Shown piece by piece: positions 36,746 to 50,750 of a stretch of DNA of 64,000 bases. Under the pieces are notes generated by a model that saw only the letters and a list, made by a program, of their open reading frames with translations, was not told the DNA's origin and did no database searches. The position numbers and the translations under genes are program-made. Source of the DNA: Octopus bimaculoides (Eukaryota); the NCBI RefSeq assembly GCF_001194135.2, contig NC_068981.1, positions 134,451,292 through 134,515,291 on the forward strand, read 5' to 3'. Numbering within the stretch: the stretch's first letter is position 1; every line of letters begins with the position of its first letter.

Positions 36746-39603
36746 GTTTTTAGATTATATTGAGACATCACACACATACATATGCATACACAAGTCTTTC
36801 ACATTGTTTATTCACTCATTTGATTTTAATCTCTCTTCCTAGCTACTGAATGGCTACAGTTTATTGGGCAGAAGTAGTATTGACATGTACTTGTATATTT
36901 ATGTGTCGTAATCAAATCATGAAGAAAATTAGATTTCTTGTATGTCTTTCTCTGTGTGTGATTTTTGTTGTTGCTGGTTTTCTTTGAGATGGTAGTAGGC
37001 AATGTCCATAACTTTTGCAATTCCTCCCTGACCATTGAAATTGATGTGAGTTTTGCCCAACCCAAACATCTACCTAGATAGTGTCTATAGAAAAAAAAAA
37101 TGCATAGCTCTAGAATGAAGAGACTGTTAAAAGCAATTGAAGATCAGATTGTGGGTGTTAAAGGAAGTTGTATAAGATGTACCACTCAAAATAAGCTTCA
37201 ATGAAAACCACTAATGACCAGGATAATTAAATGCATATGCAAAGAAGTGAAATGTGCTCAGCACAAACTTGATTTCAGAGAAATTTGTTGTAACATTATC
37301 ATCATCATCATCATCATCATCTTCATGTACAATGTGTATTTGTGAGGTTGTATACTATCTTATTTGTTATCAGGCAATGATTTATGACCATGCTGGAGCA
37401 CCATATGTTACATCTTTAAAAATTAAGATTCCTTCATAGACTGAGATTTATTTAAGAGTGGATTTGTGTAATGTTGGCTATTTTGTGAAGTTGCATTGAT
37501 TTTTTTTTTTTGTGAAATTGCATTGAATTTTTTTTCTGTAATAGCTTTCTAAAATTTATTGAAGTGAAAAATTTTAAAGTAACTAAAATATTATTATCGA
37601 AAATTTGGACAGAGGAAAGCATAACTGAACTAATGTAGTTAGCTTGTGGTATGAAGCTTATTTTTATATTTGGTCTGATTGTAGATTGGTAAAAAGATCT
37701 AGATCTGCAATAAATGTTTTAGACATTGTTGTGATTAGTTGGACCTAAGTTGGCATTATGTACCCAATGTCATCTTCCATTTTTTTTTTTTTTTTAATTG
37801 TAGTGTGTGTGATTTGAGGGTCATTTGGCAGCTAATCTTGCAGGTTGAGCAAATATGTGCCAGTTCCTTCAATAGATGTTATTTTATGTGATTAAATTTT
37901 GATTTTCTTTTACTTTTTCCCCTTTCTTTTCTTTTTTGTATGAATATGTGCTGCTAAAATTTGGGTGCATCTAATATGCCCATGCATATTTTACGCTATC
38001 AAATATAGTAAGTAATTGGCAATTCTTTTTATTATTTCTCTGCATTGTAACCAAGATCAAAACATCTTTGAAATGGCACAGTCCACCTAGCTACAGCACG
38101 CTGCTCTGAGTGGTGAGAACACTCAAATTGTTAAGTATTTCATTAGCATGCAGTGTTGAATTCAAATTTATTTCTTCAATATGAAGAAGTAGCAGCCCTA
38201 ATGCTTGACCTCCAAGGTAGATTTATCCAAACTTCTCAGTCTGTTTTGCTATTGGATCCAAATCTGGTTTTGATTTTTAGCTGTGTATGATAGCTGATGG
38301 ATTACTCAACCACTTGACATACCCAACAAAGGGGTTGCTATATAGTTACTCAACCTATTAGAAATAGCAACTAAACTTCCCTCAGTTCACTATCTTTTTT
38401 TGATAGAAGGATACATTAGTTAATGTAGTCTCAGATATACTAATCTCTAAAAAATAAAGACAAGATGATCATGGCTTGAACACCATTAATCATTGGTCTG
38501 CTCAATCAGAGTTGAGCTGACATGGGGCTAAACTATTACAACAACAACAGCATCTACTAAATTCACTCACAAGGTATTGATTGGCATGGAGCTATAGTAG
38601 AAGACACTTGCTAAAGTACTGCATAGTAGAACTGAACTGAAAACAACATGGTTGCAAAGAAAGCTTTTTAACCACACAACTAAGCCTGTATCTATAAAAG
38701 AAAAAAAATGTTTTTATCAGTTAACCAGAAGGGTACTGCTTGTTACCTATTTTCCTGGTTTCCAAGACGATAGGAGGAATGGAGTAAACTATTTTTAGAT
38801 AGAAATATTCTTTACAATTGACTGGATTCTGCTAATATCACCCTCAGAGCAGGTGGTTGTGTTTAATAGGGCAACAAGTTATGTCCACCTTGTACTGTTC
38901 ACCCAAAAGGTTCCCACAGTTTTCATCGATACAGTTTTGTTCATTAGGTTCAGATTAACTCATGGCTATAAGAGAAAAATTTATCAATATGCTACATAAT
39001 ATATTTGAACCACAGCCATGGCATCACCCATAATGAAATAGATTAAACAACAAATTAATTGTTGAGGCTTAAACTTCATTAACATGAATTTGAGACAGTA
39101 ATAAGCAGCAGACTCATCAGTGAGCTTCTTGCTCTTTTGTTTTCTGTATCAAATTTATAACTATGATGCCTAATATCATTTAGTTCAAAGCAACTTTGTG
39201 GGCTTTTGTTTCTTAATCTTAATTTAAATACAACAAGCATTATAGAAGGGTGTTCTTGAAGATTATTATTATTATTATTTTACTTCTCAGAGCTCTTGGT
39301 CTTACTAGCTCTGGTTGATTCTATGAGAGCAGACAACAACCTTTTGTCAGAGGTCTCACGGAGTCTCTTTTCACAAATTCTAAGCTTTGGTATTTGGATG
39401 TTAACTTATCGTGGAAGACACTCAACACCCAAGCACTAATCTCTTTACCCATCACTATGTTCTGAGCTCAAATTCCGCTGAGGTCGACTTTGCCTTTCAT
39501 CCTTTTGGGGTTGATAAATTAAGTACCAGTTGAGTACTGGGGGGGTCATTGTAATGGACTACCCCTCCCCTACATTTCTGGCCTTGTGCCGATAGTAGAA
39601 AGG

Positions 39604-39647
<44 letters not shown>

Positions 39648-40560
39648 CTTGCATACTTAGCTTGTTACTGAAAGTGTCATTAATGTACTAGCTTTGACTT
39701 CCTGTGAACTAAGGTGGCATGTTCTTTTTAAGTCTTGATGACTTTGCAAGGACTCCTTGCACTGTCAAGTAAAGATGTTTTCTGAATGTGCTCTATTTTC
39801 ATTTTTAGTTCTATCTTTTCCAACCACTTTTAAATTTCTTTGCCTATCATAGTTAGAGCACCAACAATTATTGGCACAATACTTACCTTTTCTATTGACT
39901 ATAGTTTTTTTTAATTTCTCTTTTCAGTGCTTCATATCTCTTATGTTTTCTTTTTTCTTTTCAACAATTCTGCTGTCCCTAGGGCACATATTGTCTATTA
40001 TCAGGCTCAATTTTTCTCTGTTGTCTACCAGCACAATATCAGGTTTTTTAATGTTCAGTTCCATAATCACTTTGGATCATGTAGTTTCAAAGTTTCTTTG
40101 CTGTAATTTTGTATCACACTCTTACAATTTTCTTGCCTTTACCAATATCAATTTGTTACTGGCTTCCCAGTGAACTATTTATTCTGGTAACATTGTCATG
40201 CCTTATTTTGTATTCTCTCTGAGCCAATTTGCTGCATTTGCTTAAAATATGTCATTCTGTTTCCAGTTTCACCATACATTCTGTATTTATTAGATTCTGT
40301 AGAATGATCAATTCTATGCTTGTCCTCTACACTTGTTCCTATGCTGCACATATCAATGTCTCTATTTCAAGTTTCAGATCACCGTTTTGTAATTATATAT
40401 TCATCTTTATCTGAGTCTGTGTCCTTTGGTATCCTTCTCAAAAACTGTCCAGGCATTTTCTTATCTTTCCAGTTGTTTCCCATCTTAGTTTCTGTCTTTA
40501 TTTTGTATTTCATTTTGTCCTGACTGCTCTCTGTAGTAGCCCTGCCTTTACTGCAGCATT
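39648..40560 (-). mobile_element. Older decayed R4/Dong-like LINE (CCHC plus RLE) whose 3' end abuts an (ATT)n tract
   Basis: WKDKKMPGQF, GDLKLEIETLICAA, SKCSKLAQREYKIRHDNV, KPDIVLVD...IIDNMCP, VSIVPIIVGAL and HIQKTSLL in broken frames. (ATT)n at 39604-39647. Confidence 0.8.
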
Positions 40561-41628
40561 TGTTAGTGACTCTTCAAAGAAAACAATAAATAGTTTCAAG
40601 AATTTATGAATTAACCACTTAAAGTTAATTTATGTGTTTAGTGGGGAAGGACCACTATACTCGAAATTATATTGAATATTGTGAGTTTGGATGTGCAAGT
40701 GAATAACTTGTGCTATAGTTACTTTAATTATAAGGATCTTCTGGGAACTTATTGCTCAACTAGAATTTTTCAAAGCCACCTACAACTTTGTCAGTTTGAT
40801 GAATCAAACCAAGGGTCTCCTTTGATTATTCCCTGGAAAGAGGCACTTGATTCAAGATTATAGCAAGTGACTGTAGTAGACCATAAAGATTATGGTCTTA
40901 TTGAAATTAATACACTAAGTATCGATAGCCCATGACTAATTAAGTCTATTGTGCCAAAATTATAAGGCCAGAGTTAAATTACTAGAAAATGTGTATCCTC
41001 TATTTTATCAAAAATACCTTTTTCATCTTATTTTAATTAGTGAATCTCATAACCTGCTACTTCATATTTTTCAACTAGTAGTTTGTGAAGTTATGAAAAA
41101 AATGATGGATATGTTAAACACAGCATATCACTACATATTCCAAATAGTTTGTCTACAACTATATTTATTCTGTTTAATATAGTGTTTTGGCTTTTGTTTT
41201 ACTTTTTTTTAACATTTCCTGATTTGTTAAGCTTTTCCTGCCTTTTGCATCTTTTTTGTTTTTGTTTTTTGTTTTTCATATTTGTTTTCTTTAAACACAT
41301 TTTCTGCTTCCTCCTCCTCCTCCTCCTTTTTGCTTGTACATCTCAGTCTATTTCAAATTTGCATTTTATTTGTTTAATACAGTGCTTATGTAAACTTACT
41401 CTCCCATACTTCCTTCTACTTAAAATACTTAAAGTTGATTGGAGATAAATTAAGCTTTTCTTTTTTTTATATTCTCTTCCTTAATTTAAACTTATACCTT
41501 TTTCTATGACTAATTCAAACAGATTATTTGTTTATTGATCCAAGGTAAAGGTAAAGTTAATTTTGATAAATCTTAATTGTAACACCACAAGACTTTTAAG
41601 TAGTATTAAGCAGCTATCTTACCAATTC

Positions 41629-41778
41629 GGTTGTTTCTCATGAAAATTGCATTGTGCAAATCTTCTATTTTCTTGTTCTCTGCTCTCATTTCTTCTTAAC
41701 TTTGGTTGTTTCTCATGAAAATTGCATTGTGCATATCTTCTATTTTTTTGTTCTCTGCTCTCATTTCTTCTTGACTTT
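41629..41778. repeat. 75-bp tandem duplication (2 copies, 3 mismatches)
   Basis: 41629-41703 versus 41704-41778. Confidence 0.9.
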
Positions 41779-42791
41779 TGCTAAGGTGTATGGTTATTTT
41801 AGAAACCTATTTGCATACTAATAAGTGCAGTTAACATTTAATTTGTTCTATTCTTGAAAACTGGAGTAATATATTCACTACAAATACTAAAGGCACTATT
41901 TATATCTGTAGTTCTTTACAGTATTGTATTAACAGAAGCCTATTTGTATCAGATGAGATATGGTCATATGATTCTTGCTTTTAAAGATCTTAATATTGAA
42001 TAGCAAAAGTTATTATATATCTAATTAGAACTTTTTCTTAAGTCCCCTTATTACTTGATAAAGTTTATAAACAAATCCTTTTTATGTGCTGAAAGAGAAT
42101 CTACTGAAGATCAATTTTGAAGTTTTATATTACAAGCATGAAATCTTTTGGATAAAACAGTTAAAGATAAACCATTCTACATGAGAATGAAAAACCAGTA
42201 GTTACTTGAAGTGCAAGAAATAGTACTCATATCTCTTTCAAACTACTATCCTACCAGCTTTAAAAATGGAGGACACACTGGATAATGTAGTCCCAGATGT
42301 AAAAGAAATCTACAGGATAGTCATGGTTAGAATGCCTTTGATCCTAAACCTGATCAATCAAAGCTGATTTGGGACTAAAACATCACTAGAAAATGGATGC
42401 CTGTAAAAGGATAAAGACCCCCTTCAGTGATAAATGGCCATGGGATTGCACCTAGAAAGTGTTGTCATCCCCCTAACCCTAACTCCCCCCCGGGCACAAG
42501 TTCAGGGGAGGTTGTTTATGGAAGACCAGCGGTTGCCCATGTATACCAGTCTCCCCTCTCTATGTCACTGATGTTATCTAAGGGAAAGGAAAAGGCTGAT
42601 ACAGCTTGGCACTAGTGACATCACAATTCATTTCTACAGCTGAGTGAACTGGAGCAACATGAAATAAAGTGTCTTGCTCAAGGACACAACACACAGAAAT
42701 CAAACTCACTACCTCATGATTGTGAGTCCAATGCTGTAACCACTGAGCCATGCACCTACAGATGTATAATTACACAATATGTCCTTTACAC

Positions 42792-43429
42792 TTAACCATT
42801 TCAGCACCAAGCTACCTGAGACCACCACTAGTTCGATGATACAAACTTTCTGTTTAAAGTAACCTAAATTAAAATTTTCCATTACAATTTCATGCTAATA
42901 TTTTTTTTTCCTGGAAGGTCTAACACCCAACTTTGGGATTAAAAACTATACCAATCACCAGACTAAATGTCACTACATTGTACCAAAGATCCCACCCTCT
43001 CCATTTAGAGTAAGGGCCCAATATTGTAAGAGCTTAGTGTTCAAAGGATCCCAATTCCACAATGCTTGTCAAAAGCCTCAAAGATCTACAAGGAGTAGAT
43101 GTGGATGTGTTCAAAGAACAATTAGACAACTTTTTATCTGATAAATTAAATGAACACACATCATAGCAAGAAACACTACAAAAAACAACTCTGTCCAGCT
43201 CACTACTTCATCAGGACTGATTCCAAAGATAGGATTGGGAAACATGTCTTAAATAAGCAAGCATTAATGTAGTGACAGTACCCCAGCATGGCCACAGCTT
43301 CTGGCTGAAACAAATTATAGAATAGAATAGAATACACCATTTTAATAATAGCAAAATTCTTTTGTTAAATACTTCAATGTTTCTCAGTTACTCAGAATAT
43401 TTTCATAGAAAGGGCTACAAAAGGGTTAA
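42792..43429. mobile_element. Second piggyBac-type MITE family, interrupted by a CR1 fragment
   Basis: TTAA-CCATTTC ... CAAAAGGG-TTAA. Related copies start at about 47091 and 48772. Confidence 0.6.
42910..43335 (+). mobile_element. CR1-type LINE 3' fragment with (AGAAT)n tail
   Basis: LEGLTPNFGI...VPKIP...YCKSLVFKGSQFHN then SLKDLQGVDVDVFKEQLDNFL, a 3' UTR CCCAGCATGGCCACAGC...GGCTGAAAC, and an ATAGAATAGAATAGAAT tail. Confidence 0.75.
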
Positions 43430-44249
43430 GCATAGTGAATCACGTTGTAAGACGCATTCTTATGTTAGAAGTTTGGCAACAATAAATAGATGGAATTGTA
43501 TTTTAGAAATGATTTATAAAAATTAAATATAGAAAATTTAGTAAATTTTTATGGTCCACTGAATTCATTACTAAAATGTCATATTTTCTATTTAGTAATT
43601 TGCTTAAGTAATCAAGAGCACAAATTATTTATGTATCAACCAACAGTTGAAATATTTTTATATTACTTACCTATCTTCAAACACTGTATGTTTTAACTTT
43701 GTCTTTAAAGAGACAACAACGGAACCTCTTCATGATCAATCGACTTGTTAGAAATTACAGCTAAATATCCCTCAAATTACATCCTACTGTCTTAAAAGAA
43801 GGAAAGGACACATTAGGTAGTGTAGACATTCATACTCTTTAAATAGACAGTATGTTTACAGCAGGAATTATTGATCATAGGTTCGCTTGATCATAGCTGA
43901 CTTTTGGCTAAACAAGCAGGCCTATAACTGACAATAATGGCATTTTTTTCTTATTAATTATTAATTACTAAATTAGTCAGTAAGCAAAATTGTTGAAGTA
44001 TGGAACAGTTTTCTTACATTCTGAGTTCAAATCTTGCTGAGGTCAACTTTGCTTTTTTCCTTTTCAGGCTGATAAAATAAAATAGAGTCAAGTACTAGAA
44101 GTCAATGGCATCAACTAACACTCTACCGTTAAAATTGCTGGCCTTATGCCTAAATCAGAAGCCATTAATTATTAAATTATGAATTAGAGTTGACACTTAT
44201 TCAATTTAAGCAGAACAGGCTCTTAGTGCATTGTACCTTTCTAAAGCAA

Positions 44250-44385
44250 TATATAATCCTTTCTTTCGAAGAGCATAGGCTCAAAATGTAAAAGACTTTT
44301 CCATTTTTCTCGAGTGTTAAACTAATACACTTGCTTGTTGTTCTTACATCAGTCTTCATTTTTTGTTTTCTGTAAATTTGAACTA
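44250..44385 (+). repeat. pLTR-like repeat with a decayed hammerhead
   Basis: CTTT-(CTTTCGA)-A-GAGC-ATAG-GCTC-AAAA-TGTA-AAAG: stems I and II are intact, while the core has drifted, partly by CpG decay. Confidence 0.45.
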
Positions 44386-44798
44386 CCATCATTTAACATC
44401 CATTGTCCATGCTGGTATGGGTTGGACAGTTTGACCAGGTGTGGCCAGCTGGAAGGTTACACCAGACTCCAGCCTGATTTGGCATGGTTTCTATGGCTGG
44501 ATCCATTTCCTAATGCCAACCACTCCGAGAGTGTAATGGGCACTTTTACATGTCACCGGCACAGGTGACATTTGTGTGACGCCGGTATCTGCCATAACTT
44601 TGATTTTGCTCAGCTTGACAGGTCAGTCATTGTCTCCATGAAGCCCAATGCTCAGAAGGTGCTTTTTATATGCCGCCAACATGGGTGCCAGTTACGTGAC
44701 ACCAGCATCAGCCATGACTATGATATATGTATATATATATAATATGGGTGGCTAATTTGCAATTTTACAACCTAAAGGCAGATGTATATATTTCTGCT

Positions 44799-44879
<81 letters not shown>

Positions 44880-44882
<3 letters not shown>

Positions 44883-45258
44883 TGCAGGCATGGCTGTGTA
44901 GTAAGAAGCTTACTTCCCAACCACGTGGTTCCAGGTTCAGTCCCACTGCATGGCACCTTGGGCAAGTGTCTTCTACTATAACCTCAGGCTGACCAAAGCC
45001 TTGTGAGTGGATTTGGTAGACAGAAACTGAAAGAAGTGTGTGATATATATATATATTATATGTTTGTATGTTTGTCCCCCCACCATCGCTTGACAACCGA
45101 TGGTGTGTATATGCCCCTGTAAGTTAGCAGTTTGGCAAAAGAGACCAATAAAATAAGTACTAGGCTTACAAAGAATAAATCCTGGTGTTGAGTCATTCAA
45201 CTAAAGGCAGTGCTCCAGCATGGCCATGGTCAAATAACAGACAAGTAAAAGTAAAAGA
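44880..45258 (+). mobile_element. Full-length SINE family A, following a long (TA)n tract (about 44800-44880)
   Basis: A-box-like TGGCTGTGTAGTAAG, B-box-like GGTTCAGTCCC, core, internal microsatellite and tail. Another full + copy at about 56585-56980. Confidence 0.9.
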
Positions 45259-48200
45259 GTATATATATATATATATGAGAGAGAGGAAGCGAAAGAGAGA
45301 GAGACAGACAGACAGAGGTATTCTGCTCCTATTCAAAGCTTGACCACTTTTTAGATGTACTTTTTCCATACATCCAACAAGCATGTAAGTGGCTTTTGAG
45401 TTTCGAGATCTGTTTGAAATTTGCATTACTAAGAGTGCAAGTATGTCTCATCTTAAGTGACACAGTGTTGTTTGTCTTGCCTTGATTTATGGATATTTAA
45501 ATGCCCTTTTAGACAAGCATGGGACTACCATGTCTTACCACAAAAAGGCATGTGTGTGTGTCTACTGGAATGATCTTTGTATCATTTGGGCCAACTGTAT
45601 GAAGATGTGAAGTTAAGGCAGCCTTAGAAAGACAAGCTTTACCACACTTTGAGCAACTGAAGGATTTCTGTGTATAGCAAGATGTTATTTTTCCGTAGTT
45701 CTCTTTTTATTTTTCTGTACTTTTGTTTGTTTTCTCCAGCATACACACATATATATATATACATACACACGCATACATATATACACACATTTACATTTAT
45801 ACATACACATTCACATCTACACAAATATACATATGTACACGAACACACATTTTCACATATGCACACTTGAATTTTAAATCTGTTTTATATATTTATGCTT
45901 TTAAATATTTTCTTTATTGGTGAAAAGTAAACATTACTACAGATAAAATGAATTGTTGGTTTGTTAGAAGTTTCAAATTTTTTCAAATAAATCTTCATCT
46001 CAATTCACATAGAAGCCATAAAACCAGTATGTATGAATTTATTACATGGAATTCATCAGTAAGGTTCTGTAAAGTGATATGCAAGTTAACAGCTTTTGTC
46101 ACTTTTTCCTTATATAAACTACCCAAAACATTACAATTCACTTTTCCTCACTTATGGCCACACAAAGTGTCTTATTTTACAATTTTTATAGTGTAAATAT
46201 ATTTTTGGTTTAAATAAGAATCTATGTAACATTTAGTTAAATTTATTTGATTGCATGTCTGGAGTATTTCTAGATAAAAATTATCTACCATATATTTTAT
46301 TGTACAAAATGTTAGGTAGCTGCAATTATATGTTTGAAAATATATTCTGAGAACTATTCACTATTAATGTAAGATAAGTTTTATGTTTTCAGTTTGTTTG
46401 GTTTTTTTGTTTGTTTTTTTCTTTATATAATGACAGTATGAATGTCTCTTGCACACAGTTTTGAATATTCTAATTTATTATTTTCCATTCTGTGATATTG
46501 GTAGATTTTTAGGATTTTCTAATAATTATTAGTTGTTTTATTTATATACTATGTGCTCAAAACAACATTCTAAAGAACCATATCAATTATATTTCTGATA
46601 TTTATATGAATCTATGTGTATGCATATATAGATCTGATAATGTTACAGAACTTTGTGCTTTTCTTTTTTTTCTTCTTTTTTTTTCTTTTTTTTTTCCCCT
46701 TCTTTAAATCACTGAAGAAAAATGTTTAATATAATTGAATATGAATGTGAAAGTAGGGAGACAAACATTAGAGATGAATATTTATGCTTGGTAAAAGAGG
46801 AAAAGATAAACAAAATAGTTTAGTAATAAGAAATAATTTAACAATCTTTCTGCTAATGAAATCATTCCATTCATAGTCAGTCAGTAGTTTTAGTTCAGTT
46901 TGAATCTTATACAAGAAGAATTAATGCTGAGCTTTAAATATTATCAGATTTTCAAGCTAATTTAATAAGTACCTGAGACAGCGTGTAGGTGGTGAAACCT
47001 AAGCAGTTAATCTTATTTTGCTAGTATGTGTACGCACGTGCACACACACACACACTTTGTTGTTGGAATTTGTAATTAATTTTACTCTTTTTAAGCCCTT
47101 CTGATATTAAACTGCCTGAGACCATTACCGTTTACATACAGACTTCTTACCTTAACCCTTTAGTATTTAAATTGACCATATCCAGCTCAAATATTCTTCC
47201 TGCTTTATGTTCAAACCTGCCAGAGTCAGCCTCTCATATCAACCCTACAACATCACTCTTAAAATAAACAACCACATCATTGAAATCTCAAAGCTACAAG
47301 GTAATGCATGACTAATTTAGATCAATGTAAAGAAATAAGCATTACATTTGACAGAACAATCTAAATATTAAAGAGTTGAAGTGAACTAAGTTAAAATTTT
47401 CTATTGAAATTTCACGTTAATTTCTGTTTCAAACTCCTGATTATTATGTTCCAAATAATGATTGTTATTTCACTAAATTTTTCATTATTTTAAAAATTAA
47501 TTGAAGTAAAAGCAGTGTTTTTGGATGGAAATATGGGCTTGAAAGCTTTTCAACTTCTAGATTTTGAAGTGTTAAATGCATGCAAGGGAAATGATAACAG
47601 AAGACAGGATTAACTAAAGTCAAAAATATTTTTTTGATATTAGGGATGAAAGTCAACCTTAGGAAAAATCCTTATTTTAAGTTGTAACAATGGAAATCAG
47701 CTTTTTAAAAAGATGAGAAGAGTGGAAGTCAACCATTTTAAAAATGTTTTCTTGACTAGGTCCAATTATCTAAAGTTCTTCACATTAGTCTCCAAGTTCC
47801 ACCTCTACTAGAACTGAACTATAGCCTTATTTAGTCATCATCATCATCATCATCATTTAATGTCCATTTTCTTTGCTGGCATTGATTGGATGGTTTGACA
47901 GGAGTTGCTGGTAGTGGTGGTGGTAGGGGGGGCATGGCTAGATGGCCTTCCTAATGTCACCCACTTTACAAAGTGTACTGGATGCTTTTCACAGCACCAG
48001 CACAAGTGCTTTTTATGTGGCACTAGCACCAGTCCCCAGTTTTACCTTTTGAATTTGCAATTGTTACTGGTACGTTTCCAATGTACTTTGACCATATATT
48101 GTCGGGAACTGTATCACCAAAATAAGTTAGTGATCATTCACCTGTCTTAGCTAATTATATCTCTATTGAATATATTTCACACAAATTTGGAAAAACTAGT

Positions 48201-50464
48201 AAAAGAAGACATCATTTTGAAATCAATATTTTGAAATTTTATTTATTGGTAAATAAAATACAAGTTTGACTGAGACAAAATTAAATCTTTTAATTGACAA
48301 AATAAAGAAAAAGTATTGTTAGTATGTCCCTAATAATGATCATGTTTTTATGCAGTTAGATTTTTGTTGCTACACATATCTCGCATTAAATAAAGTTGTG
48401 AATTATTGTACATGTTATTACGTGTTGAATATAAACATAATCATAACACTTAATCTTGCTGTTCCATTTCTCCAGATAAAATCTATATTTATACACATTT
48501 TTTCATGTATGTATAAAAACAGTAGAAATGGTTTAGAAATGATTTATACGGTGCAATAATTATAACGTTATCTTAAAATTATTTATTCAGTGTAAGATTA
48601 ATGATTGTGGTCAAATAATTAAATAAACAATTAAATAAAATTAAAGACATTCAACCTTTGTTTATTGTGATTTATATCACATTTCCTGTTATCAACAAAA
48701 TCTTTCTTTTTATGATATTAGTAAAGTGACACCTTTGGGGTCTCCAGAATTTGTAATTAATTTTACTCTTTGTAAACTCTTTTGACACCAAACTGCCTTT
48801 CACTGTTCTTGGTTGCATGTTACTGAGATTTTGAACTAAATTAAAGCCTTCTGTTGAAATTTCATGTTAATTTATGTCCAAACACATGATTATTTTATTT
48901 GAAAATAAAGGATTCAAATATTGGCCCAAGGCTAGCGATTTTAAGGGGAGGGGGCAGTCAATCTCAGTGTTCAACTGGTACTTATTTTATCAACCCAGAA
49001 AGGCAGCATTAGAACTCAGAATTTAAAGAGCCAGAAGAAATGCTGCTAAGCATCTTGTTCAGTATGGTAATGATTCTGCCTGCTCACTGCCTTATTTTGT
49101 TCCAAGATAATGACAACTATTTTATTAAATTCTTCATTATTTTCTAAATTATTTGTAACAAAGACAATGTATTTCAACAGAAATGTTATACCAAAAGAGT
49201 TAAACCAATTAGAGAAAACAGTTTCTAAAGTTCTAGATTTTGCTATATTAAATGCAAGCAGTAACAAGAGACAAGATTAACTAAATAAAAAAAACAAAAC
49301 ATTCTTTTGATATTAGGAGTGAGAATCAACTTTTTTTAAAGTATATTTGTGTTTTTATATAGTATCAAAAATATATATATATTACAGAGCTGATTACTTA
49401 GTACTTAATAAGAAAGAAAGAAAGGAAGAAAGAAAGAAAGACAGACAGACAGACAGACTTTTACACTAATTTAAATTCTCAACAGCAAATTTCTAAAATT
49501 TTGGAAATATTGCCCTCACATTTTATTTACTTGTGAATTAATATTTAAGGCTGAAGGAATTTATTTTTGACTTAAGAGTGTATGTATATAGCATACAAAA
49601 ATATTTAAAGATAAGAATTTGTTTATTCTGAAATATGGTTTGATATAACTTAGAGTTAGATAAAGTAACAATATATAATGTTAATGATACAGTTTTCCAG
49701 TCATTCATTAAGAATGTGTACAGTACAAGGGTAAATAGTCTTGTTTATATCATAGATGGGGAAGAACTGATTAGATTTGCTGTACTCTAATTTATAGCTA
49801 ACTAATTAACTAACTTCATCAATAAATGTTATATATCAGCAAAATAAATATTTTAATAATTATAATTACTTAATAAAAAACATTTTTCCATGGCTTAGTC
49901 AGAAAAAGGAGTAACATCCTTGGCTTTTGCAGGGTCTCCAGAATGATGAGAATGTAAACCAAGATTCATAGATTGCTGACATAGAAAGCAGTAACATCAA
50001 TGCATTGAGTTATGCCCAGATTGAAAACCTGGCTAAAAATGGGTGGGTTGGTGTTCATTGAGGAAGGTGTTCTTTGGATTGATCTCCTTTGTGTTACCAA
50101 CTCTCAGTTGTTTTTGAAGCACAATATATCCCCTTGGTCAGCTATATTTTTGCATAAGATTTGAAATGAATGATATTGGTAACTGTTGGTAACAGTTATT
50201 TACAGCTATAATGTGATATCAAGACTAGGAGATGAATACACATGTATAAAGCAGGTTTCTTTATGCTTTTTTTCTACCAAATCCATTCAAGGCTTCGGTC
50301 ACCCTTGAGCTATAGTAAATACACTTTCCCAAAGTACCATGCAGTGAGACTGAACCTGAAACAATGTGATTGCTAAGCAGACTTCTTAACCACACAGCCT
50401 TCAGAGATGGTTAATTTATGGTTGAAGTTCTATTTTTATTGATAGAGAGGTTTTTGAGTTATGT

Positions 50465-50511
<47 letters not shown>

Positions 50512-50710
50512 CATATATATATATATATACACATACACACAACTCAATACTTTTCAGTGAAATTGCCGTAACATTTTGATTTAAAAATTTGAAGTACTCC
50601 ACTTATGTTAGAAAAATGGCTAAAAGCTTCTTCGTTTTTAAAAATTTTATTAATTACTGAAATTATTATTTAACCTAAAACCTGACAATACATTAAAGTT
50701 CATTTTGCAA

Positions 50711-50750
<40 letters not shown>

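Noticed and set aside
38085-38160. LQHAALSGENTQIVKYFISMQC, ankyrin-like
   Set aside because: It is bounded by stops, has no usable splice pair, and is too short to support.
40672-41182. Short protein-looking ORFs in unique AT-rich sequence
   Set aside because: No consistent splice signals or motifs; expected by chance at this length.
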